Source: Acidimicrobiales bacterium | GTDB taxonomy: Bacteria; Actinomycetota; Acidimicrobiia; Acidimicrobiales; CADCSY01 | Assembly: GCA_036275955.1 (NCBI GenBank) | Contig: DASUCO010000094.1 | Span: forward strand, 1-44,121 | Reading direction: 5' to 3' | Length of the DNA: 44,121 nucleotides | Part shown: positions 34,918 to 41,976 of the stretch, piece after piece | Layout of the letters: each line of letters opens with the position of its first letter | How positions within the stretch are numbered: the stretch's first letter is position 1 | Made by a program: the position numbers and the translations under genes | Notes under the pieces: generated by a model | Told to the model about the DNA's origin: nothing | What the model saw: the letters and a program-made list of their open reading frames with translations, nothing else | Databases searched by the model: none

Positions 34918-36483
34918 TCATCCGCCGCCGGCGGGCAGGGCCTCGAGCAGGACGTCGGGCAGGTCGCGGGCGGTCTTGGTGGCGCGCCATTGGTCGACGA
35001 ACAGCGCGAGGTGGGTGCCGTCGCTGCGCTGGAGCACCTCGACGCCGCGCACCCCCGCGAGCGCCGCCGCGCCCTCGGCGTCCGTGCGTCGAGCGACCTG
35101 GTAGTCGAGCCGGGAGAAGCGGATGGGGGCGTTGAACTCGTTGACCATGCGGTCCTCGACGACCTCGAACTGCATGGGCCCGACGGCGGCGAGCACGGGG
35201 TTCTGGTCGCCGCGCAGGTCCGAACGCAGCACCTGGACGACGCCCTCCTGGTCGAGCTGCTCGATGCCGCGGCGGAACTGCTTGTAGCGGCTGATGTCGC
35301 CCGCGCTGGCGGTCATGAAGTGCTCGGGGGCGAAGGTGGGCACCGGCGGGTACTCGATGGGATCGCCGACGTACACGGTGTCGCCGACGCGCAGCGCGGT
35401 GGCGTTGACGAGGCCGATGATGTCGCCGGCCTCGGCGGTCTCGACCGACGTGGTCTCGCGGCCGAACACGGCCTGGGCGAACTTCGTGGCGAACGGGCGA
35501 CCGGTGCCGGCGTGGGTGACGACCATGCCGCGTTCGAAGGTGCCCGACACGACGCGGGCGTAGGCGAGGCGGTCGCGGTGGGCGGTGTTCATGCCCGACT
35601 GCACCTTGAACACGAAGGCGCTGAACTCGTCGCCGACCTCGCGGATGCCGCCGTCGACGCCCTCGGTAGCGCTCGGCGCGGGGGCGAGCTCGAGCAGCAG
35701 GTCGAGCAGTTGGGCGACGCCGAAGTTCTGCAGCGCCGAGGCGAACATGACCGGCGTCGTCTCGCCGGCGAGGAAGCGCTCCTGGTCGTGGTCGGCCTCG
35801 TCGAGACCGAGCAGCTCGTGCTCCTCGACCGCGGCCGCCCAGGGCAGGGCGTCGACGTCCTCGACCTCGCCGGGGCCCATGCGGCGCTCGGGCGCCCGCG
35901 TGGCGCCGCCGGCGGTGCGGGTGTACTTGACGAACTCGCCCGTGCGGCGGTCGAGGACGCCGCGGAAGTCGCCGGCCTCGCCCACCGGCCAGGTCAGCGG
36001 CGTGGGCCGCAGCCCGATCTTCTCCTGGATGCGGTCCATCAGCTCGAGCGCCGACAGGCCGGGGCGGTCCCACTTGTTGATGACGGTGATGACCGGGATG
36101 CCGCGCAGCGCGCAGACCCGGAAGAGCTTCAACGTCTGCGGCTCGAGCCCCTTGCCGGCGTCGACGAGCATGACGGCGGAGTCGACGGCCGAGAGCACGC
36201 GGTAGGTGTCCTCGGAGAAGTCGCTGTGGCCGGGGGTGTCGACCAGGTTGACCACGTGGTCGCGGTAGGCGAACTGCAGCGCCGCGGAGGTGATCGAGAT
36301 GCCGCGGGCCTTCTCCATCGCCATCCAGTCCGACACCGTCGCGCGCCGGTCGCCCTTGCCGTGCACGGCGCCCGCCTCGTTGATGGCGCGCGCGTGCAGG
36401 GCCAGCGCCTCCGTCAGGGTCGACTTGCCGGCGTCCGGGTGGCTGATGACGGCGAAGGTACGGCGAGGACGGGTGTCGGGCAC
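34918..36483 (-). CDS. prfC: Peptide chain release factor 3
   Basis: ORF 34918..36483. GTPase motifs: SHPDAGKST, DTPGH and NKWD. Full-length RF3-like sequence. GTG start with TAGGTT 6 nt upstream. Confidence 0.95.
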   Translation of the reverse strand: MPDTRPRRTFAVISHPDAGKSTLTEALALHARAINEAGAVHGKGDRRATVSDWMAMEKARGISITSAALQFAYRDHVVNLVDTPGHSDFSEDTYRVLSAVDSAVMLVDAGKGLEPQTLKLFRVCALRGIPVITVINKWDRPGLSALELMDRIQEKIGLRPTPLTWPVGEAGDFRGVLDRRTGEFVKYTRTAGGATRAPERRMGPGEVEDVDALPWAAAVEEHELLGLDEADHDQERFLAGETTPVMFASALQNFGVAQLLDLLLELAPAPSATEGVDGGIREVGDEFSAFVFKVQSGMNTAHRDRLAYARVVSGTFERGMVVTHAGTGRPFATKFAQAVFGRETTSVETAEAGDIIGLVNATALRVGDTVYVGDPIEYPPVPTFAPEHFMTASAGDISRYKQFRRGIEQLDQEGVVQVLRSDLRGDQNPVLAAVGPMQFEVVEDRMVNEFNAPIRFSRLDYQVARRTDAEGAAALAGVRGVEVLQRSDGTHLALFVDQWRATKTARDLPDVLLEALPAGGG

Positions 36484-36502
36484 CGCACGAACCTAATCGG
36501 CT

Positions 36503-36537
36503 CGGTCGGCGCCGACACAGTCGACGGCCGCCGACCG
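36503..36537 (-). terminator. Possible hairpin downstream of the MBL gene
   Basis: CGGTCGGCG (36503-36511) pairs with CGCCGACCG (36529-36537), with a 17-nt loop. It lies between the MBL stop (36545) and the prfC start. There is no clear U-tract. Confidence 0.3.
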
Positions 36538-36544
36538 TCGCTGC

Positions 36545-37408
36545 TCAGGCGGGGCGGGCCTGGGTGATCTTGTCCCAGAGCGAGCCCGCGTTGAGCGTCT
36601 GGATGTGATCCATCATGTAGCCCTGACCGACGTCGACCGGGTACCGGTCGGCGAAGTTCACCCGGGCGACCGTCTCCTCCCGCGACCAGCCCCGGGCGAC
36701 CGCATCGGCCACCGCGCCCACCCACTCGAGCAGGATGGCGCGTTGGCGGGCGAGGTACTGCGGCGTCACCACCTCCCCGTGTCCGGGCACGATCCAGTCG
36801 ACGTCGAGCCGGGCGATGCGATCCAGCGCAGCCAGCCACTGGGTGACGTTGGAGCCCATCAGCCAGGTCTGGCACTCGGAGAAGATCGTGTCGCCGGTGA
36901 ACACCACCCGCTCCTCCGGCACGTGCACGGCGATCTGACCCGGGGTGTGACCCGGCGTGTGCAGCAGTTCGAAGGTGTGGGCACCCACGGTGAGGGTCAG
37001 GTCGCCGGTGAACGTGATGGTCGCCCGTCCGGGGTCGGCGAAGTACTCCTCGCGATCGGGGAAGATGGCCTCCCCCTCGGGATCGTCGGTCGGGATCGCC
37101 TCGTGGGCGTAGTCGAAGGAGTCGAGCGTGGGCGTGACCTCCATGAAGTTCTCGGCCACTCCCGCGTGGTGCACGATGTCGCCCGCGCCGCGGAAGTAGT
37201 AGTTGCCGAAGATGTGGTCGACGTGGTGCTCGGTGTTGATCACGTAGCGGATGTCGCCGTGCGACTCGGCCTCGCGACGCAGCGCCACCGCCCGCGTCGG
37301 CAGCTGCGGTGTGTCGATGACGACCACCCCGCCCCGGGTCAGCACCATGCTCGGATTGCATCCGCGCAGGGTCGTGTCGGTCCACACGTTGCCGGTCACC
37401 TTCTGCAT
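36545..37408 (-). CDS. MBL-fold metallo-hydrolase
   Basis: Last 287 aa of ORF 36545..38575. It has the HxHxDH motif (TEHHVDH) plus HTPGHTPG and PGHG. GAGGAGGACCAGGAG lies upstream of ATG 37408. Confidence 0.85.
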   Translation of the reverse strand: MQKVTGNVWTDTTLRGCNPSMVLTRGGVVVIDTPQLPTRAVALRREAESHGDIRYVINTEHHVDHIFGNYYFRGAGDIVHHAGVAENFMEVTPTLDSFDYAHEAIPTDDPEGEAIFPDREEYFADPGRATITFTGDLTLTVGAHTFELLHTPGHTPGQIAVHVPEERVVFTGDTIFSECQTWLMGSNVTQWLAALDRIARLDVDWIVPGHGEVVTPQYLARQRAILLEWVGAVADAVARGWSREETVARVNFADRYPVDVGQGYMMDHIQTLNAGSLWDKITQARPA

Positions 37409-37455
37409 CTCCTGGTCCTCCTCGTCGTCGTGCGGATTCGTGCGGGTCGCGGGTC

Positions 37456-38847
37456 TCAGCCGACGAGCACGGTGCGGATGTTGGTGAACTCGATGGCGCC
37501 GACGTCGCCGAGTTCGCGCCCGTAGCCGGAACGCTTCACTCCGCCGAAGGGCAGGCGCGGGTCCGAGGCGGTGACGGCGTTGACGAACAAAGCCCCGGAC
37601 TCGATGCGACGTCCGACGTCGAGGGCGTGCTGCTCGTCGCGCGACCAGACGCTCGCGCCGAGGCCGTAGGGGGTGGCGTTGGCCAGCGCGACGGCCTCGT
37701 CGTCGTCGTCGAAGGCGATGACCGCCGCCACCGGGCCGAAGGTCTCCTCGGCCATGACCGCCATGTCGGTCGTGACGTCGACCAGCACCGTCGGGGCGTA
37801 CCACGCCGGTCCCCGATCGAGCAGGTGACCTCCGGTGAGCACGCGGGCGCCCCGGGCACGCGAGCGCTCCACCTGGTCGGCGACGGCGCGCGCCAGGTCG
37901 GCGCGGGCCAGGGGACCGATCCGTGTCGTCGGGTCGCCGGGGTCGCCTACCGGAAGCTGCTGGACGGCCGCGGCGAGGCGACTCCCGAAGTCGTCGACGA
38001 GGCTGCGGTGCACGATGAAGCGCTTCGCACACAGACACGACTGGCCGGTGTTCAAGAAGCGGGCCGCCACGGCCCGGGGCACCACGACATCGAGGTCGGC
38101 GTCGGCGAGGACGACGAAGGGATCGGAACCTCCGAGTTCGAGGACGCTCTTCTTCGCCGCCCGGCCGGCCGCGGCCGCGACGTGGGCACCCGCCCGGTTG
38201 CTGCCGGTGAGGGTCACCGCGGCCACGCGATCGTCGGCGACCAACGACTCGACCACAGCGGCGACCTCGTCCTCGGCGACGACCACGGTGCGGAAGACGC
38301 CGGACGGCAGGCCGGCATCGCTGAAGACCTCCTCGATCGCCAGGGCCGTGCCGGTCACGTTGGGCGCGTGTTTGAGAAGCCCGCCGTTGCCAGCCATCAG
38401 GGCGGGCGCCGCGAACCGGAAGACCTGCCAGAGCGGGAAGTTCCACGGCATCACCGCGAGCACCACGCCCAGAGGCTCGAACCCCACCCAGCTGCGCGAT
38501 CCCGACGCCTCGACCGCCCGTTCGCGCAGCAGCTCGGGCGAGCGCTCCGCGTAGTGCTCGCAGACCCAGGCGCACTTCTCCACCTCGGCGGCGGCCTCGG
38601 TGATCGGCTTGCCCATCTCCGCGGTGACCAACGCCGCGAGCGCGCCCGTGCGCTCGCGCAGGATCGTCGCGGCGCGACGCAGGATCGCCGAGCGATCGGC
38701 GAGGGCGCCGCGCGCGTACGTCCGCTGGGCTGCGTCGGCCTCGGCGAGGATGCGCTCGAGGTCGGCGGCGCTCATCGTCGGGTAGGTCGCGAGCGTACGG
38801 CCGGTCGCCGGGTCGATGCTCACGACGACCTGCGAGACCTCAGACAT
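37456..38847 (-). CDS. NAD(P)-dependent aldehyde dehydrogenase, succinate-semialdehyde-dehydrogenase-like
   Basis: Inner part of ORF 37456..39090. Motifs: MPWNFP, ELGGSDP, GQSCLCAKR and EETFGPV. ATG 38847 overlaps the CoxG gene end by 8 nt. Confidence 0.9.
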   Translation of the reverse strand: MSEVSQVVVSIDPATGRTLATYPTMSAADLERILAEADAAQRTYARGALADRSAILRRAATILRERTGALAALVTAEMGKPITEAAAEVEKCAWVCEHYAERSPELLRERAVEASGSRSWVGFEPLGVVLAVMPWNFPLWQVFRFAAPALMAGNGGLLKHAPNVTGTALAIEEVFSDAGLPSGVFRTVVVAEDEVAAVVESLVADDRVAAVTLTGSNRAGAHVAAAAGRAAKKSVLELGGSDPFVVLADADLDVVVPRAVAARFLNTGQSCLCAKRFIVHRSLVDDFGSRLAAAVQQLPVGDPGDPTTRIGPLARADLARAVADQVERSRARGARVLTGGHLLDRGPAWYAPTVLVDVTTDMAVMAEETFGPVAAVIAFDDDDEAVALANATPYGLGASVWSRDEQHALDVGRRIESGALFVNAVTASDPRLPFGGVKRSGYGRELGDVGAIEFTNIRTVLVG

Positions 38848-39556
38848 CACGCAGGACCCTCTCCAGAACGCGGTTCTTGCCGTACAGATAGCCGATCGTG
38901 AGCCCCACGAGGACGCCGGCGACGGGCCGGAGCACAGCACGCGCGGTTCCGGAGCCCAGGAGCAGACCCACGGCGTCGAGACCGTCGCCGCCCGCTGCGC
39001 CTGCCGGGACCGCCGCGCCCGCCCGAGCCGACGAGCCGGCCTCCGGGGCCGGGGCCGGGGCCGGGGCCGACGGCGAGGATCCGGTGGCACCGGGAGCGGC
39101 CGGTGTCACCGCGCCGCCGCGGATCAGGGCCGCGAGGTTGTCGGCGAACTGCGCGAGCATCCGGTTGCTCACGTCGCGCACCACGCCGGCTCCGAACTGG
39201 GCGGCCTTGCCCGTGATGTCGAGATCGGTCACGACCCGCACGGCCGTCTCGGCTCCGCGGTCGTCGAGGGTGGCCGCGACGCGCGCTTGTGCGCCGCCGT
39301 TGCCCTTCGCATCGCGCCCGCGCGCGACGATGACGGCCCGCCCCTGGGCGCGATCCTTCTCGACCAGCGCGCCGTCGCCGGTGAAGGTCATGGCGATCGG
39401 GCCCAGCTTGATCCTCATGCCGCCCTGGAAGGTGTCGCCGTCGACGGCCGTGATGACAGCGCCCGGCAGGCACGGGCCGACCTTGGCGACGTCGGTGAGC
39501 AGGTCGAAGGCCTGCTCGGCGGGCACCGGCACGGTGAAGTCGTGGACGAGTTCCAT
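38840..39556 (-). CDS. CoxG-family SRPBCC protein with Pro/Ala linker and C-terminal hydrophobic helix
   Basis: ORF 38840..39556. The N-terminus MELVHDFTVPVPAEQAFDLLTDVAKVGPCLPGA is typical of CoxG. It is followed by the linker SAPAPAPAPE and then AVLRPVAGVLVGLTIGYLYG. Confidence 0.8.
   Translation of the reverse strand: MELVHDFTVPVPAEQAFDLLTDVAKVGPCLPGAVITAVDGDTFQGGMRIKLGPIAMTFTGDGALVEKDRAQGRAVIVARGRDAKGNGGAQARVAATLDDRGAETAVRVVTDLDITGKAAQFGAGVVRDVSNRMLAQFADNLAALIRGGAVTPAAPGATGSSPSAPAPAPAPEAGSSARAGAAVPAGAAGGDGLDAVGLLLGSGTARAVLRPVAGVLVGLTIGYLYGKNRVLERVLRDV
39045..39068. repeat. (GGGGCC)x4 hexanucleotide tandem repeat inside the CoxG-like gene
   Basis: Four perfect units at 39045-39068 on the plus strand. 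On the coding (minus) strand they encode the PAPAPAPA linker. Confidence 0.9.
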
Positions 39557-39565
39557 CTTCTCTCC

Positions 39566-40297
39566 TCAGCGGTGGTCGGCTCGGGGGTGGTCGGCTCGGG
39601 GGTGGTCGGTCGGAGCGAGCGCGTCGAAGGGGGTCACGGAGACCTCCCCGGCGGCGTCGATGCGCACCTCGACGCCGGTGACGTACGCGGGTTCCCCGGG
39701 GTCCGCGCCGGCGGCGTCGCTCAGCACCGAGCGCAGCACCGGCGAATGCGTCACCCCGATGACGGTGGCGCCGCGCGTGGGACCGTGACCGGCCAGACTG
39801 CGGGCGAAGCGGTGCACACGGCGCGCGACGTCGCCCGCGTCCTCGCCGCAGGGGGCGGGGTGGGTGAGCCAGGAGCCGATGCGGTCGGGGGCCTCGAAGA
39901 AGGCCATCCACCAGCCGTGCCGCCGCACGTCGTCGACCTCCATCTCCGGCACCTGGACCGCGAGCGTCTCGGGGGAGCTCACCATGTCCACGCGCACGCC
40001 CGCCAGGTACAGGTCGGGGTTGCGCAGGGCGAAGGAGTCGAAGGGCCCGTCGATGGTCGCCTCCTCGCCGAGCCCGCGGACGATCGCCTCGGCGGTCTCC
40101 CGGGTGCGCCGGGTCCCGCCGAAGAGCACCCGTGCCCGTTCCCCGACCTGGGGGCGCAGGGCCCGGCCGACGTCCTCGGCGTGACGGAGCCCCTCGGCCG
40201 TGACCGGCACGTCTCCGCGGTGCGAGGCGACCTCGCCGTGACGCAACAGCAGCAGGCGCGTGGTGCGAGCGTCCATCGTGGCGACCAGGACCCTCAC
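39566..40297 (-). CDS. Histidine phosphatase (phosphoglycerate-mutase-like) family protein
   Basis: ORF 39566..40297. RHG motif in LLLLRHGE. GTG 40297 forms a GTGA overlap with the ABM stop. ATG 40276 is the alternative start. Confidence 0.75.
   Translation of the reverse strand: MRVLVATMDARTTRLLLLRHGEVASHRGDVPVTAEGLRHAEDVGRALRPQVGERARVLFGGTRRTRETAEAIVRGLGEEATIDGPFDSFALRNPDLYLAGVRVDMVSSPETLAVQVPEMEVDDVRRHGWWMAFFEAPDRIGSWLTHPAPCGEDAGDVARRVHRFARSLAGHGPTRGATVIGVTHSPVLRSVLSDAAGADPGEPAYVTGVEVRIDAAGEVSVTPFDALAPTDHPRADHPRADHR
39571..39613. repeat. 15-bp tandem repeat (2 perfect units plus a partial third) at the 3' end of the histidine phosphatase gene
   Basis: GGTGGTCGGCTCGGG occurs at 39571-39585 and 39586-39600, followed by GGTGGTCGGTCGG. 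It encodes ...DHPRADHPRADHR*. Confidence 0.9.
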
Positions 40298-40587
40298 ACG
40301 TCGATGGTCGTGTAGGTGCTCACGGCGCGTTCCTCCAGGTAGTCGAGGATGTAGCCGAACACCTTCTCCTGGAAGTGGGGCGTGGCCTTGTGGGCCTCGT
40401 AGCCCGCCTCGTCGACGTACTGCTCGTAGAGGAAGAACGTGCGCGGATCGGCCGGGTTCACCTGGGCCTGGTAGTAGAGGTTGCCCTCCTCGGCTCGCGA
40501 GAGCGGCGTCATCTCCCGGATGGTCTGCTCCACCCGCGCCTCCTCACCCTCCTTGGCCTTCCAGATGGCGGCGACGACGAATGCCAT
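40294..40587 (-). CDS. Antibiotic-biosynthesis-monooxygenase (ABM)/quinol monooxygenase-like small protein
   Basis: Last 97 aa of ORF 40294..40689 (MAFVVAAIWKAKEGEE...YEQYVDEAGYEAHKATPHFQ). AAGGAG lies upstream of ATG 40587. Confidence 0.8.
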   Translation of the reverse strand: MAFVVAAIWKAKEGEEARVEQTIREMTPLSRAEEGNLYYQAQVNPADPRTFFLYEQYVDEAGYEAHKATPHFQEKVFGYILDYLEERAVSTYTTIDV

Positions 40588-40660
40588 GGGGTTCTCCTTG
40601 CGTGGTTGCAGCTGGTGCTCAGCTGACGGTGACCACCGACGCGGGTGCGCCGGCGGTGGT

Positions 40661-41536
40661 TCAGTGGCCGGCCGGTCCTGGCGAGGCACGCGGTCCGACG
40701 GTGTTGCGCAGCACGCCGATGCCGGCGGCCTCCATCTCGATGACGTCGCCCGGCCGGAGCCAGCGGTCGAGCTCGAGTCCGGATCCTCCAGTGGCGGTGC
40801 CGGAGCCGAGCAGCTCTCCGGGCCGCAGGGTGAGCGCCTGCGAGGCGTAGGCGATCATCGCCTCGAACGTGTGGTGCATGGCCGCCGTGCTGTCCCCGCC
40901 CCAACGCTCGCCGTTGACGCGGACCTCCAAGGCGACGTCGTGGGGGTCGATCTCGTCGGCGGTGACCAGGCAGGGACCGAGCACGTTGGAGCCGTCCCAG
41001 TCCTTCGCCTTCGACGGCCCCATGCCGACCGGGAGCTCACGGGTCTGCACATCGCGAGCCGACACGTCGTTCCACAGCGTGTAGCCGAAGACGTGGTCGA
41101 GGGCGTGGGCCGCGTCGATGTCGCGCCCCGGCCTGCCGATGACGGCCGCGAGCTCGAGCTCGTGGTCGAGTCGCTCGGTGAAGGCCGGCCACGGGATCTC
41201 GGCCTCGGGTCCGATGACGGTGTCGGGCAGACCCTTGTAGTAGGCCGGCACCGTGAACCACTCCTCCGGGATCTGCTTGCCCAGGCCGGCGAAGGCGTTC
41301 GTGAGGTGGCCCTCGAAGGCGAGGAAGTCGCGAAGGGAGCGCGGACGCAGCGGCGCCAGCAGCTGGACGGTCCCCGACGGTGCGACGGTGCCCACCCGGC
41401 GGGTGCGCCCGTGCGGAGCGCCGGCTTCGATGAAGGCCACCATGTCGCCCTCGAAGCCGACGTCGACCACGACCTCGCCGTCGAGGTAGCCGACCGATCC
41501 CGCACCGCGCTCGTCGCGATAGGTCACATACTTCAT
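40661..41536 (-). CDS. Fumarylacetoacetate hydrolase (FAH) family protein
   Basis: Last 291 aa of ORF 40661..41848 (...ELELAAVIG...WNDVSARD...SKAKDWD...GTATG). ATG 41536 forms an ATGA overlap with the upstream stop. Confidence 0.85.
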   Translation of the reverse strand: MKYVTYRDERGAGSVGYLDGEVVVDVGFEGDMVAFIEAGAPHGRTRRVGTVAPSGTVQLLAPLRPRSLRDFLAFEGHLTNAFAGLGKQIPEEWFTVPAYYKGLPDTVIGPEAEIPWPAFTERLDHELELAAVIGRPGRDIDAAHALDHVFGYTLWNDVSARDVQTRELPVGMGPSKAKDWDGSNVLGPCLVTADEIDPHDVALEVRVNGERWGGDSTAAMHHTFEAMIAYASQALTLRPGELLGSGTATGGSGLELDRWLRPGDVIEMEAAGIGVLRNTVGPRASPGPAGH

Positions 41537-41976
41537 GGGGCGGCCTCCTCGATGGCCTCGACGATCTTCACGTAGCACCCGCAGCGGCACAGATTGCCCC
41601 CCAGCCCCTCCCGGATCTCCCGGGCGCTGCCGGCCTGACCCCTGTCGATGAGGTTGCGGGCGGTGAGCACCATGCCCGGGATGCAGAAGCCGCACTGGAA
41701 CGCGTGGTGGCGGTCGAACGCGGCGACGACCGGGTCGTCGTCCGCGACGCCCTCGATGGAGGTGATCTCGCGACCCTCGGCCAGGGCGGTCATCATGATG
41801 CAGGCCGACACGGGCTCGCCGTCGATCAGCACGGTGCACGTGCCGCACAGGCCCACGCCGCAGGTGACCCGGGGGCCGGTGAGACCGAGATGCTCGCGCA
41901 GGACGTCGACCAGCATCGCCTCCGGCTCGACGTCGAGGTCGTGCACGCGGCCGTTGACGCGCAGGGAGATCGTCAC
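41533..41976 (-). CDS. (2Fe-2S)-binding small subunit of a xanthine-dehydrogenase/CO-dehydrogenase-family molybdenum hydroxylase
   Basis: Last 147 aa of ORF 41533..42642. Cys motifs: CGVGLCGTCTV, QCGFCIPG and CRCGCY. GTG 41976 forms a GTGA overlap with the large-subunit stop. Confidence 0.9.
   Translation of the reverse strand: MTISLRVNGRVHDLDVEPEAMLVDVLREHLGLTGPRVTCGVGLCGTCTVLIDGEPVSACIMMTALAEGREITSIEGVADDDPVVAAFDRHHAFQCGFCIPGMVLTARNLIDRGQAGSAREIREGLGGNLCRCGCYVKIVEAIEEAAP

Noticed and set aside
32926-36073. Large antisense ORFs 32926..34806 (-), 32973..35135 (+), 34649..36073 (-) and 34990..36567 (+)
   Set aside because: They have shadow-frame composition (Arg/Gly/Asp/His runs) and overlap well-supported genes (the beta-helix protein and prfC). 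They have no motifs.
39045-39068. (GGGGCC)x4 and the nearby 15-bp repeats as a CRISPR-like or regulatory repeat array
   Set aside because: The units are contiguous with no spacers and lie in-frame inside coding sequence, encoding PAPAPAPA and DHPRA repeats. They are simple coding tandem repeats.
40481-41575. Plus-strand ORF 40481..41575 (364 aa) and similar long ORFs antisense to the FAH, ABM and hydroxylase genes
   Set aside because: These are shadow frames with Arg/Gly/Asp-rich composition. The minus-strand genes carry clear family motifs and coupled start/stop overlaps.
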